DNA of 64,000 nucleotides from Malacoraja senta (Eukaryota): positions 124,001-188,000 of the forward strand of contig JAXLNO010000062.1 in assembly GCA_038087875.1 (NCBI GenBank), in the 5' to 3' direction. The notes under the pieces are model-generated. The model worked only from the letters and a program-made list of their open reading frames with translations. It was not told where the DNA came from and searched no databases. Positions 36,773 to 48,882 of this stretch are shown here, piece after piece (the stretch's first letter is position 1; every line of letters starts with the position of its first letter). The translations under genes were made by a program, and so were the position numbers.

Positions 36773-39700
36773 TTGTATAACGGCAAGGACGCGGCGGAAC
36801 ATGACCACAATCTCAGGCTCATTTTGGAGCGTGCTGTCCAGATCAACCTCAAACTCAATCCTGACAAGTGCAAGTTCAGGGTTCCAGAGGTCTCCTATGT
36901 CGGCCACATCTTCACCCCTGACGGCCTCAAACCGGATCCGAAGAAGACTTCTGCCATCACAGAAATGCCTGCACCTACTGACGTGAAAGACCTGCAACGT
37001 TTCCTGGGTATGGTAAACTATCTCGGAAAGTTCATACCTAACCTCAGCGAATTAAGCTCCACATTGCGGCAGCTGACAAAAAAGGACACTGCATGGTCAT
37101 GGTTCCAGCAACATCAGGATGCCTTCGATGTTCTGAAATCAAAACTGACTAGTGCACCGACCCTGACTTTTTTCGACCTGAAACGTCCAGTGGTGATCAC
37201 CTGCGATGCCTCGAAATTCGGGCTCGGCGCAGCCTGCCTACAACCGTCTGATGATGGTACCCTACTACCCGTCGCGTATGCCTCTCGTGAAAAAGTTACT
37301 TTTATAACTACTAAACCAGGTTCGCTTCTCAATAAACAGACACCACACAAAATGTTTGGTAGACCAGTTCAAAACTTTACTTAACATCGGCCGATGGAAG
37401 GGAGCGAGAATTCCAGCTAAGTGACCAATGTAGACGGTACACAAAAATGCTGGAGAAACTCAGCGGGTGCAGCAGCATCTATGGAGCGAAGGAAATAGGT
37501 AACGTTTCGGGCCGAAACCCGTGACCAATGTAGACACTCGACTGTCCTCGGTCCCCTTCTCTGAACAACAGAATTACATTGTCTTAAATAGTTTTTTTTG
37601 TCCCCTTAGCACATTCCACAAACATTAGTCATGGTCAGAGGTACAGGAAAAGGTTTCCACAGCATGCATCACATCAAAGGCCTTTTGTTTACATGGTACA
37701 AGATATACTAAAAACATTGGCCATTTGTTTTAGGTCATTTTATCTTAAAAGAGATCACCCTAGCTCTTTCGCTGCTTCCTCTCTGTCACTTGGTCCCTCA
37801 TAAACATAGGCCATTTGGTTCATGGCATCTTCCTTCAAAGATGTGACTAGCTGTTTCTCTCTTCCTTTATCGCCTCCTCCCCCATAAACATTGGCCATTT
37901 GTTTTATGGCATCTTACTTCAAAGATGTGACTAGCTGTTTCTTTTTCTGTCACTTCCTCACTTGGGAGACAATGTTATGGTATTTATTATCTCAATACCC
38001 CGAAACCTGAGACAACTTAACTTGCCTTTCTGTATTATTCTACTGGAGAAAAGCCTGATTTGAGACTAAATATAAGCTGTAAGCTTTTCTTATATTTTTA
38101 ACATAATTCAGCTTTATCATTCGCACCATGACCGATACGGAGCAGCACTACGCGCAAATCGAAAAGGAACTGCTGGCGGTCGTCTTTGCCTGCTCCAAAT
38201 TCCACGACTTCGTCTTTGGCAACACGTTCATGGTTGAGACGGACCACCAGCCACTGGTGACAATCTTGAACAAGCCTATCCACGCCGCCCCAGCTCGTTT
38301 GCAGCGCATGATGATGCAGCTGCAGCGGTACGACTTCTCTATTACCTACAAAAAGGGCAAGGACATGCATGTTGCTGACACACTCTCTCGTGCCCCTCGA
38401 ACATCTTGCGAACAACACCCACACGAACAGGAGAATTTCACTGTTCTCGGTGTCGGTCTAATCTCCAGCAAGCAACTGCGCACCCTGGCCGCGCACACTG
38501 CCAAGGATGCTACGCTTCAAGCCCTCTCGTCCATCATCAAGACAGGCTGGCCAGGCAAACAATCCAACACGCCCACTGAGGTGCAGCCGTACTTCTTGGT
38601 CCGCGATGAACTGGTGGTTCAGGATGGTGTGGTCGTCAAGGGCCACAAGGTAGTTGTACCTGCATCGCTACAAGACGAGTACTTCAAAGAGGTACACAGC
38701 GGTCACCCAGGAGCCGACTCCACACTGGCACGCGCCCGGGATCTGTTCTACTGGCCTGGAATGGCCACGTACATCCGAGACCGTGTAGCCTCCTGCCCCA
38801 CTTGCAACAATCTTGCACCTCATCAGCAGCGGCAGTCCCTTCTGCAACAACCTTCACCAGCCCTGTCATGGTTGTCGATGGCTGCGGACATTTTCGAATG
38901 GTGCGGTAAGCACTACCTCGTTCTGGTCGACTCGTACTCCAACTGGTTCGAACTTGACCAACTGACCTCCCTCACGTCGGTGATGGTCATCAGGATTCTG
39001 AAAAGACATTTCTCAGACCATGGCATTCCTGCTATTCTGAGAACCGACAATGGTCCACATTTCACCAGCCACTCGTTCAAGCTTTTCGCTGACCGATGGA
39101 ACTTTCAGCACATCACAAGCAGTCCCGAGTATCCACAGAGTAATGGACTCGCTGAACGCGCTGTCAGGAGCGCCAAGCACTTGCTGGAGGGAGCGCGCAT
39201 TTCAAACTCTGACGTCTATCTCGATCTGCTGAACCTCAGAAACATTCCGAGAGACGGAGTCTTGGGGTCACCAGCACAGCGGCTGCTATCGAGGGTGACG
39301 AGGTCTCCGGTCCCCATCGCACAACAGCAGCTGGTTCCTCGGGTGTTGAAGCCCGCCACTATCCAGCAACGTCTCCAAGAGAAGCACGATACCCAGAAAC
39401 GGTCATACGACAGTTCCAGCAGACCACTCCAGCCTCTACTGCCGGGCCAGGTCGTCCGTCTACGAACTCCAACTGGACATTCTCGTCTGGGCGTTGTTGT
39501 GCGCCCGACTGATGAGCCGCGATCGTACCTTGTGGACTGTGAGGGAGCGGTTTACCGGAGAAGTCGTCAACACCTGCTTGCTGTGAGGGAGCCCCGACCG
39601 CCGCCTGCCGATCCATATGCTCCGCCGCTCCAGTTCCAGCCACCTTCCGCGATGTCTCCCGCCCGTCCCCGCATGCCTGCCACTCCCCGACGTCTATCGG

Positions 39701-39885
39701 TCTCCAATAACCACGGGGTTTCACCCACCGCATGTTTCCCCCCTCGGTCACCACAATCCTCTCCCGTGCGGTTTTCACCTTCAACCTCCCCGCCTCATCC
39801 TTCAGTTGAGGGAGGGGATGGTTGGGTCCGCACGCGTTCGGGCCGTGTTAGTAGACCACCAGACAGGTATGGCGAGTATGTTTAA
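36773..39885 (+). pseudogene. Gypsy pol (RT C-terminus, RNase H, integrase) split by a solo LTR
   Basis: LQRFLGMVNYL, TCDASKFGLGA, VAYASR | TMTDTEQHYAQIEKELLA, TDHQPL, HSGH..CPTC, TDNGP, SNGLAERAV. Confidence 0.9.
37288..38119. mobile_element. Solo LTR inserted in Gypsy RNase H, carrying an 85-bp Penelope-like insertion
   Basis: TGAAAAAG...CTTTATCA termini; flanks CTCG/TTCG; inner insert 37436-37520 has an exact 15-bp TSD GTGACCAATGTAGAC. Confidence 0.75.
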
Positions 39886-40094
39886 TATGCTTTTAATCTT
39901 TAGGGGAAAGGATGTAGATTGAGGATGCATGTGAATCAATCACACTTAGTTGGCATCACTAACTCCGCCCCATTATAACAATTATACTAACGCCCATTCC
40001 CAGCACCGTTAGTTGAAGCAGCCAGGATGAACTGACAACACCTAAATCTGTAATGCTGCTAAGTTAATGTGCTGAATAAAGATGTGTGTAAATC

Positions 40095-40125
<31 letters not shown>

Positions 40126-43100
40126 TTTATTTTTTAGAAGTACGGTAGATTACAGTAATGTACAACACGTATATATTAATACATTTTTTGTACCGCTTCA
40201 CTTTTTTAAACTTTAAAAAAGAAAAAGAAAGAAGTAAGAAAAGTGAAGAAAGTGCGCAAAGGTTGTGAAGTGCAAAAGAGTGTTGGGAAAAGAAAGCCCC
40301 TTAGAAAAGAGGTTAGAGAAGGAAGTAAAGTTAGAAAATAGACCCTAGAAAAAAAAGAGAAAGAAAGAAGGAACAATCGCTCTATTATGACTCTTATACC
40401 ATACTTCATAGAGAAGGAACTACCAACCAAGTCTATTTTTATTTTACCTCCCATTACCAGGTCCAGATACCTTTTATTTATTTATTTGTTTTTCTAAATT
40501 ACTATTGCACCTCATGCTTGTAATAGGTCCAAAAACGTAGACCACGTCTTTTGAAATTGATCTGCTTTGCCTACTAGGAGGAATCTCATCTCTTCCAGAT
40601 GTAATGTTTCCAACATATTTGATGTCCACATTTTTATTGTTGGTGTGGGCGCATTTTTCCAGAATTTAAGTATAAGCTTTTTTCCCATTATTAGCCCATA
40701 ATTGAGTAAATTCTTCTGATACACGTTTAATTCAGGAATACCTTCCGATATTCCAAAAATAATCCATTCTGGTTTTGGTACCAGTTTTATTTTGATTAAT
40801 TTTGAAAAAATATCAAATATTTCAAACCAGAATTTTTGGATTTTTGTACAAAAAACAAAAGAATGTGCTATGGTAGCTTCTTGACATATACATTTATCAC
40901 AGATTGGTGAGACGTTAGGAAAGATTTTATTTAGTTTGGTTTTTGAATAATATAATCTATGTAATGTTTTAAATTGGATAAGCGTATGTCGTACGTTGAT
41001 CGAGCATTTATGCACCTGTAATAAATGATTATCCCAACTCTCTTTTGAAATTTTTATACCTAGATCTTGTTCCCAATCTCTTCTAATTCCATCTGTTGTG
41101 GGTATTTCTATATTTAAAATGATATTATATAAGTATGATATTAAATTAGCTGATTCCGCCTTTGTCTTCATTGCTTCATCTAGTAAGTCGGAAGGCATAT
41201 TATAATAATCTTTTGTGTGTGTTTTCAAATAGTCACAGATTTGTATATATTTAAAATATTGATTATTTTTCAAATTATATTTCAGTTGTAGTTGTTGGAA
41301 TGATAGTAATTTTTCTAATTCATACAGATCTTCGAGCGTTTTAATTCCCATTCTTTCCCATTGTATAAATGCTTTATCTATGATTGAAGGTTTAAACGAT
41401 GGGTTATTGACTATTGGTATTAAGAGAGATAGGTTTCTTAATTTTAGATTCTGTTTTATTTGCTTCCATGTTCTAATAGTGCTATATATAATTGGATTTT
41501 TATTATAATTTTTATTATTCAAGTTTATTGGAGAGAGAATAATCGCTCCTATATTATTCGGGGAGCAATCCCCTTTTTCCATTATAATCCAGTCCACCTG
41601 CTGGGCAGAATTGTCCAGCAGGTGAATCATATTTTTAATATTTACTGCCCAGTTATAATACATAAAGTTAGGGAGCGCTAGACCCCCCAACTCTTTTCGT
41701 TTGTTAAGGTGTGTTCTTTGTATTCTGTGGGATTTGTAATCCCATATAAAATTTGTAATGTCTGAGTCCAGTTTTTTGAAAAACTTTTTTGGGAGATATA
41801 TAGGTATTGATTGAAATAGGTAAAGGATTTGTGGTAAGAAAATCATTTTTATAGCATTTATCCTACCTATTAAGGACATCGGAAGTGTTTTCCAAAATTT
41901 AATCAGATTATTTAATTTCTTAAGTAGGGGATTATAATTAGCTTTAAACATATCATGGTAATTTCTAGTAATCTCAATTCCTAAATATTTGAATTTTTCC
42001 ATAGCTATTTTAAAAGGGAATTTCCTGAGATGTGTTGAATCTTTTGGTTTAATCGACATAATTTCACTTTTGTTCCAATTTATTCTATATCCTGAAAAGG
42101 ATCCAAAGTCCTCAATTAAGTTTAATATATTTGGTATACTAATTTGTGGTTTTGTGATGTACAGTAGTACATCATCAGCATATAGGGATAGTTTGTTGTT
42201 TGAATATTTTGTGTTATAACCGTGAATATTCGAGTGTGTTCTTATTTTTTCAGCCAGGGGTTCAATTACCAAAGCAAATAACAGCGGTGATAGTGAACAT
42301 CCTTGTCTGTTGCCCCTAGATAATTCGAATTTTGAAGATAATATATTATTAGTTAGTATTCTAGCCGTAGGTTTGTTATATAGTAGTTTTATCCATGCAA
42401 TAAAGTTTTCTCCCAATTGGAATTTTTGCAATACTTTGATCATATAGTCCCATTCTACTTGATCAAACGCTTTTTCTGCGTCCAGTGAGATGATAGCTAA
42501 CTCTTGGTCATAAGATTTATGTGAATGCATTATGTTAAGCAAACGTCTCAAATTATTAAATGAGTGTCTCTTAGGTATAAATCCTGTTTGATCCTCATGT
42601 ATTAGTCTACTAACATACTTGCTTAATCTATTGGCTAATGTTTTTGCTATTATTTTCTGATCCGTATTTAACAAAGCAATAGCTCTATATGATCCTGGTT
42701 CTTCTATATTTTTATCTTTTTTAAGTATTAATATGATCGTTGATTCCGCTAGTGTTTCAGGTAGGTTTTGCTCTTTATAAGCATATGTATACATTTTTTG
42801 TAATCGTGGAGTAACTATATCATAAAAAGATTTATAAAATTCATTACTGAATCCGTCTGGTCCTGGTGTTTTTCCATTTTTTAGTGTTTTTATTGTGTCT
42901 TCTATCTCCTTAGAAGTAATTTGTGCTCCCAGTTCCTCTTGTTCCCTGCGTTCTAATTGTGGTAGATTACAATTATCTAAAAATTCTGAGATTTTATTAT
43001 TGTCTATTGACGTTTTAGATGTGTATAGATTCTGGTAAAATTGAGCAAATCTTTTATTAATATCCTTGGGTAGTGTTAATACTTCCCCTCTATCTGATTT

Positions 43101-44880
43101 AATCTTTAATATTGCATTCTCTTTTTCCCGTTTTTTAAGTTGTCGTGCTAGAAGTTTGTGGGGTTTGTCCCCGAATTCGAAGTGTTCTTGTTTTGTGATT
43201 TGAAATAATGTTATAACTTTCTCTGACAGTAATTTATTTAACTGAAATTTCAGTAGTAGTATTTTATTATGTTTATCCATAGTTGGGTCTTTAGCATTAT
43301 CTATATCTAACTGTTTTATTTGATCTTCTAAGTGTCTTTGTTCATTCTTATTCTTTTTATTTTGATAAGCTTGAAATGAAATAATGACTCCTCTTATAAA
43401 TGCTTTGAAGGATTCCCATAATAACGTGGGGGATATCTCTGGTGTATCATTTAACTCAAAAAATAGATCCATCTGTTTTTTTAGATAGATACTCCCTTGA
43501 GGGTCTTTTAAAATTTGTGAGTTAAACCTCCAGAACGGTTTATTCATAGACATTCCTTCTAGTTTTAGAACAAAAGTTAACGGAGAATGATCTGAGATCG
43601 CATTAATATGATATTTAGGATTCAAAGATTGCGAGATTAATTTTGTATCCACTAGAAAATAGTCTATCCGTGAATATGTTTTATGCACCATTGAATAAAA
43701 CGAGTAATCCCTTCCCGTCGGGTTTGCAATCCTCCATACATCTGTTATATTTGTGTTTTCCATATATGTGTGTAAGAGTTCACTGGTTTTAGATTTCGTC
43801 TGACCTTTTTGTTTTTGCATCGATTTATCTAAATAAGGATCTAAAACACAATTAAAATCTCCTCCGATTATAACATTTTGATAATTAGATTCTGCAATTA
43901 TATTCAGAATTTTATTAAAAAATTGAGGGTTATCAAAGTTGGGCGCATATATGTTTACCAGCGTGATTGGCATATTATTGATCTCCCCTGCTACTATAAG
44001 ATATCTCCCTTCCTTATCTAAAATAGTGTTCTTTGATTTAAATGGAATTCCTTTACGAATAATAATTGCAGTACCTCTAGATTTAGAGGTAAATGAAGAG
44101 TGAAATGTTTGGCCTATCCAGTTCGCCCTCAGTCTTGTCTGATCTTGCTGTTTAAGATGTGTTTCCTGTAGAAACGCTATGTCCGTGTTGTATGATTTCA
44201 ACTGAGCTAGTATCTTGCCCCTTTTAATAGGTTCATTAATCCCCCTTATATTCCAACTACATAATGTGATTCCTCCTATTTTCTTTTGATTGTCGTCATG
44301 CATTTTTACCAATTTTAATGACCTTAATTATTGTGGTGCGTTCATACCTCCGGACTCTGGTTATTTTGGGAGTATTTCTATTATAGACTTCCTTGGTAGT
44401 TCTCCTGCGCGATTGTCCTTGAAGAAAAAACACACAGATGTGACATATTGTGATTAAAAAAAAATATATATATAAATCAAATAAATTTACGGTGTCTAAA
44501 ATTTCAACACCGTAGTGAGTGGCCCACTCGTCTGTGGGGTACGACATCCATAACGCTTCCGGCGTAGTTGGTATAAAGTTAGCCCCGCTGTATTTCTTAC
44601 CCAAAATCTATGGGGTCATTACCGTTTCCAATTCAGTTCTATTTCACCCAGTTACAATTTATATATATGTCAAATGTATTCGATTCCATATCCTACTCAC
44701 TCTTTATCTCTTAACTATTTTAAAATGAATTTAGTATTGTTAAAGTGAGCGGTTTACTGAGTGGATTAACCGGAGTCAGGTTCCTGGAATTGTGCCAGGT
44801 GCCTGATCTCTTCTCCTCTCCACGAGCTGCGAACATAGGTGATAACTGCTGTCTGCGTTATGACGCAGGCACCACAGTTT
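40095..44880 (-). mobile_element. L1-clade LINE, 5'-truncated, with poly(A) tail
   Basis: T run 40095-40120 with adjacent TTTATT (AATAAA on minus); intact ORF2; strongly A-rich coding strand. Confidence 0.93.
40512..44312 (-). CDS. L1 ORF2p (endonuclease, reverse transcriptase, C-terminal cysteine domain), intact 1266 aa
   Basis: SWNIRG, LQETH, GGDFN, YSRID, SDH; DAEKAFD, RQGCSLSPLLF, LYADD; CDKC...H....C. Confidence 0.93.
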   Translation of the reverse strand: MVKMHDDNQKKIGGITLCSWNIRGINEPIKRGKILAQLKSYNTDIAFLQETHLKQQDQTRLRANWIGQTFHSSFTSKSRGTAIIIRKGIPFKSKNTILDKEGRYLIVAGEINNMPITLVNIYAPNFDNPQFFNKILNIIAESNYQNVIIGGDFNCVLDPYLDKSMQKQKGQTKSKTSELLHTYMENTNITDVWRIANPTGRDYSFYSMVHKTYSRIDYFLVDTKLISQSLNPKYHINAISDHSPLTFVLKLEGMSMNKPFWRFNSQILKDPQGSIYLKKQMDLFFELNDTPEISPTLLWESFKAFIRGVIISFQAYQNKKNKNEQRHLEDQIKQLDIDNAKDPTMDKHNKILLLKFQLNKLLSEKVITLFQITKQEHFEFGDKPHKLLARQLKKREKENAILKIKSDRGEVLTLPKDINKRFAQFYQNLYTSKTSIDNNKISEFLDNCNLPQLERREQEELGAQITSKEIEDTIKTLKNGKTPGPDGFSNEFYKSFYDIVTPRLQKMYTYAYKEQNLPETLAESTIILILKKDKNIEEPGSYRAIALLNTDQKIIAKTLANRLSKYVSRLIHEDQTGFIPKRHSFNNLRRLLNIMHSHKSYDQELAIISLDAEKAFDQVEWDYMIKVLQKFQLGENFIAWIKLLYNKPTARILTNNILSSKFELSRGNRQGCSLSPLLFALVIEPLAEKIRTHSNIHGYNTKYSNNKLSLYADDVLLYITKPQISIPNILNLIEDFGSFSGYRINWNKSEIMSIKPKDSTHLRKFPFKIAMEKFKYLGIEITRNYHDMFKANYNPLLKKLNNLIKFWKTLPMSLIGRINAIKMIFLPQILYLFQSIPIYLPKKFFKKLDSDITNFIWDYKSHRIQRTHLNKRKELGGLALPNFMYYNWAVNIKNMIHLLDNSAQQVDWIIMEKGDCSPNNIGAIILSPINLNNKNYNKNPIIYSTIRTWKQIKQNLKLRNLSLLIPIVNNPSFKPSIIDKAFIQWERMGIKTLEDLYELEKLLSFQQLQLKYNLKNNQYFKYIQICDYLKTHTKDYYNMPSDLLDEAMKTKAESANLISYLYNIILNIEIPTTDGIRRDWEQDLGIKISKESWDNHLLQVHKCSINVRHTLIQFKTLHRLYYSKTKLNKIFPNVSPICDKCICQEATIAHSFVFCTKIQKFWFEIFDIFSKLIKIKLVPKPEWIIFGISEGIPELNVYQKNLLNYGLIMGKKLILKFWKNAPTPTIKMWTSNMLETLHLEEMRFLLVGKADQFQKTWSTFLDLLQA

Positions 44881-44939
44881 TATCAGTTTCAAATATTATT
44901 TCTATATTAGTATTGTTAATTATTAATTATGATTAATTA

Positions 44940-46265
44940 TGAAGCAGCCAGGATGAACTGACAACACCTAAATCTGTAATGCTGCTAAGTTAATGTGCTG
45001 AATAAAGATGTGTGTAAATCTTATATGCTTTGAAGTGATTTACATGGTGTCAGAAGTGGTCATACCCACTCCTCTTGTATAACGGCAAGGACGCGGCGGA
45101 ACATGACCACAATCTCAGGCTCATTTTGGAGCGTGCTGTCCAGATCAACCTCAAACTCAATCCTGACAAGTGCAAGTTCAGGGTTCCAGAGGTCTCCTAT
45201 GTCGGCCACATCTTCACCCCTGACGGCCTCAAACCGGATCCGAAGAAGACTTCTGCCATCACAGAAATGCCTGCACCTACTGACGTGAAAGACCTGCAAC
45301 GTTTCCTGGGTATGGTAAACTATCTCGGAAAGTTCATACCTAACCTCAGCGAATTAAGCTCCACATTGCGGCAGCTGACAAAAAAGGACACTGCATTGTC
45401 ATGGTTCCAGCAACATCAGGATGCCTTCGATGTTCTGAAATCAAAACTGACTAGTGCACCGACCCTGACTTTTTTCGACCTGAAACGTCCAGTGGTGATC
45501 ACCTGCGATGCCTCGAAATTCGGGCTCGGCGCAGCCTGCCTACAACCGTCTGATGATGGTACCCTACTACCCGTCGCGTATGCCTCTCGTGAAAAAGTTA
45601 CTTTTATAACTACTAAACCAGGTTCGCTTCTCAATAAACAGACACCACACAAAATGTTTGGTAGACCAGTTCAAAACTTTACTTAACATCGGCCGATGGA
45701 AGGGAGCGAGAATTCCAGCTAAGTGACCAATGTAGACGGTACACAAAAATGCTGGAGAAACTCAGCGGGTGCAGCAGCATCTATGGAGCGAAGGAAATAG
45801 GTAACGTTTCGGGCCGAAACCCGTGACCAATGTAGACACTCGACTGTCCTCGGTCCCCTTCTCTGAACAACAGAATTACATTGTCTTAAATAGTTTTTTT
45901 TTGTCCCCTTAGCACATTCCACAAACATTAGTCATGGTCAGAGGTACAGGAAAAGGTTTCCACAGCATGCATCACATCAAAGGCCTTTTGTTTACATGGT
46001 ACAAGATATACTAAAAACATTGGCCATTTGTTTTAGGTCATTTTATCTTAAAAGAGATCACCCTAGCTCTTTCGCTGCTTCCTCTCTGTCACTTGGTCCC
46101 TCATAAACATAGGCCATTTGGTTCATGGCATCTTCCTTCAAAGATGTGACTAGCTGTTTCTCTCTTCCTTTATCGCCTCCTCCCCCATAAACATTGGCCA
46201 TTTGTTTTATGGCATCTTACTTCAAAGATGTGACTAGCTGTTTCTTTCTCTGTCACTTCCTCACT
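44940..46265 (+). repeat. Near-identical direct copy of 36638-37962
   Basis: Same LTR end, PBS, pol fragment, solo-LTR left part and nested insert; about 3 differences seen (TAWSWF vs TALSWF, T-run length, one T/C). Confidence 0.93.
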
Positions 46266-46277
46266 CAGGAAGCATCA

Positions 46278-46462
46278 ATCTGAAGAAGGGTCTCTACCCG
46301 AAACTTCACCTATTCCTTCTCTGGTCTGTAAAGGGGTCGCGCCCCGAATGTCATGTATTCCTTTTCTCTAAGTCTGAAGAAGGATCTTGACCCGAAACGT
46401 CACCTATTCCTTTTCTCCAGAAATGCTGTCTGACCTACTGAGTTCCTCCGGATTTCTGTGTC
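46278..46462 (+). ncRNA. Penelope-like terminal repeats with minimal hammerhead-ribozyme-like cores
   Basis: CTGAAGA-AGGG-TCTCTA-CCC-GAAAC at 46280 and CTGAAGA-AGGA-TCTTGA-CCC-GAAACGTC at 46374, with a decayed third copy between them. Confidence 0.5.
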
Positions 46463-46542
46463 TCAGCCATCCACAGTGTACAGATACAGGATTAAGGGAA
46501 TAATGTTTAGCGCAGATAAAGTCCAGTAATGTCCAATTAAAG

Positions 46543-47232
46543 ATAGAAACATAGAAACTAGGTGCAGGAGTAGGCCATTCGGCCCTTCGAGACTGCACCG
46601 CCATTCAATATGATCATGGCTGATCATCCAACTCAGTATCCTGTACTTGCTTTCTCTCCATACCCCCTGATCCCTTTAGCCACACAAGGGACACATCTAA
46701 CTCCCTCTTAAATATAGCCAATGAACTAGCCTCAACTACATTCTGTGGCAGAGAATTCCAGAGATTCACCACTCTGTGTAAAAAATGTTTTTCTCATCTC
46801 GGTCCTAAAATATTTCCCCTTTATCCTTAAACTGTGACCCCTTGTTCTGGACTTCCCCAACATCGGGAACAATCTTCATGCATCTAGCCTGTCCAACCCC
46901 TTAAGAATTTTGTAAGTTTCTATAAGATCCCCCCTCAATCTTCTAAATTCTAGCGAGTACAAGCCGAGTCTATCCAGTCTTTCTTCATATGAAAGTCCTG
47001 ACATCCCAGGAATCAGTTTGGTGAACCTTCTCTGTACTCACTCTATGGCAAGAATGTCCTTCCTCAGATTAGGAGACCAAAACTGTACGCAATACTCCAG
47101 ATGTGGTCTCACCAAGACCCTGTACAACTGCAGTAGAACATCCCTGCTCCTATACTCAAATCCTTTTGCTTTGAATGCTAACATACCATTCGCTTTCTTC
47201 ACTGCCTGCTGCACCTGCATGCCGACTTGCAG
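46543..47232 (-). mobile_element. CR1 LINE 3' fragment
   Basis: ATAGAAAC tail repeats; QVQQAVKKANGMLAF...VRPHLEYC. Confidence 0.88.
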
Positions 47233-48483
47233 GTGCAGCAAGATAGTGCGAGGGTCTCCATTCTATGCCTCTCATGAACAGATATAGTTTTTTTAGATCT
47301 TTTAAACCCCATTATAAGACATTCCTTGTAACCCACCATCTCCACCCAAGTTATAGGTCATCTCCAGAATCCCTGCTTAGGCAGTTCACATCAATCACTT
47401 TGATAATGTCCCTGAATGCTGGAGATATTTTTAGTGCGTTAGAAGAACTACGCAAATAATCCGTGTTACTGTTAGGGAAATGACTAATGACATTGAGTGT
47501 TTCAGTCTGACTCTGTTAAACAAGGCCAAATTTGTCAGAGTTCAGAGGCTGGATTGATATCGCAATGGGGAATGTGATATTATCCCATAGAAACACACCG
47601 GCTCTTCCACCTACATTGTCGACAATGACCGTCAAGCACCCATCTTGTTATGTTCTATGTGTAGGGGCAGCATGGTGGCGCAGCGGTAGAGTTGCTGTGT
47701 TACAGCGCCAGAGACCGGGTTTCATCCTGACTCTGTACGGAGTTTGTACGTTCTCCCCCTGGGTTTTCTTCAGGAGCTGCGGTTTCCTCTCACACTCTAA
47801 AGATGTACAGGTTTATCGGCTAATTGACTTGGTAGAATTGAAAGTCGTACCTAATGTGTGTAGGATAGCGTAAATGTGCAGGGATCGCTGGTCGGCTTGG
47901 ACTCCATGGGCCAAGGGCCTGTTTCCAAGCTGTATGTCTAAACTAAACTACAGATTCTAGTTTACACCAAAGATAGACACAAAAAACTGGAGTAACTCAA
48001 CGGGTTAGATAACATCACTGGAGAAAAGAAAACTGACATTTTGGGTCAAGACCTTCACACCAGCCGGGAAAGATCCGAAACATCACCTATTCCTTTTCTC
48101 CAGACATGATGCTTGACCCGCTGAGTTACTCCAGCTTGTTGTGTCCATCTTTGTTGCTATGTATTATGTTATCTTGAACCAAATCTGCACAAAATCCCTT
48201 TTATTGCAGCTTTCAGCTTTAAGTCCCACCGATATGTGTTGGTGCATCAGATAACATTCTCTCACGGGAAGAGACACGGAGTTCATGTAAGCTCTTTATA
48301 AATAATTACGTGGACATATTCTGGGCAGCACGGTGGCGCAGCGGTAGAGTTGCTGCCTTACAGCACTTGCAGCGCCGGAAACCAGAGTTCGATCCTGACT
48401 AAAAGACATTTGGATGACTCTACCACTCTATACAATCCCAGTGAGTCGTGTATGTGTGGGTAGGCATGGGCACATGTAGGTGT

Positions 48484-48882
48484 AGGGAGAGAGAGAGGGT
48501 GAGAGAGAGGGGAGAGAGTGGGGGAGAGAGAGAGGGGGGGGAGAGAGAGAGAGGGGAGAGAGACAGGGGTAGAGAGAAAGGAAGAGAGAGAGGGAGGGGG
48601 GTGAGAGAGGGGGAGAGAGAGGGGAAAAAGAGAGGGGAGAGAGAGAGAGAGAGGGGGGGGGAGAGAAGGGGAAGGGGAGAGAGAGAGAGAGAGGGGAGTG
48701 AGAGAGAGGGGAGGAGAGAAAGGGGGGGGAGGGGATGAGAGAGAGGGGGATGAGAGAGAGGGGGAGAGAGATGGGGAGAGAGGGAGGGGGGAGAGAGGGA
48801 AGGGGGAGAGAGAGAGAGGGGGGAAAGAGAGTGGGAGAGAGAAGGGGAAGGGGAGAGAGGGGAGGGAGCGTGGGGGAGAGAG
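48484..48882. repeat. GA-rich low-complexity tract
   Basis: Near-pure purine run; a mirror CT tract lies at 54152-54665. Confidence 0.9.

Larger units (their letters stand above)
36537..45044 (+). mobile_element. Gypsy LTR retrotransposon, internally deleted, 206-bp LTRs; second LTR interrupted by L1
   Basis: LTR TGTAGATT...GATTTACA 36537-36742; PBS TGGTGTCAGAAGTGG (tRNA-Leu type) at 36743; PPT GGGGAAAGGA 39903-39912; second LTR from 39913, completed at 44940-45044. The PBS is followed almost immediately by late RT, so gag and PR are missing. Confidence 0.9.
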
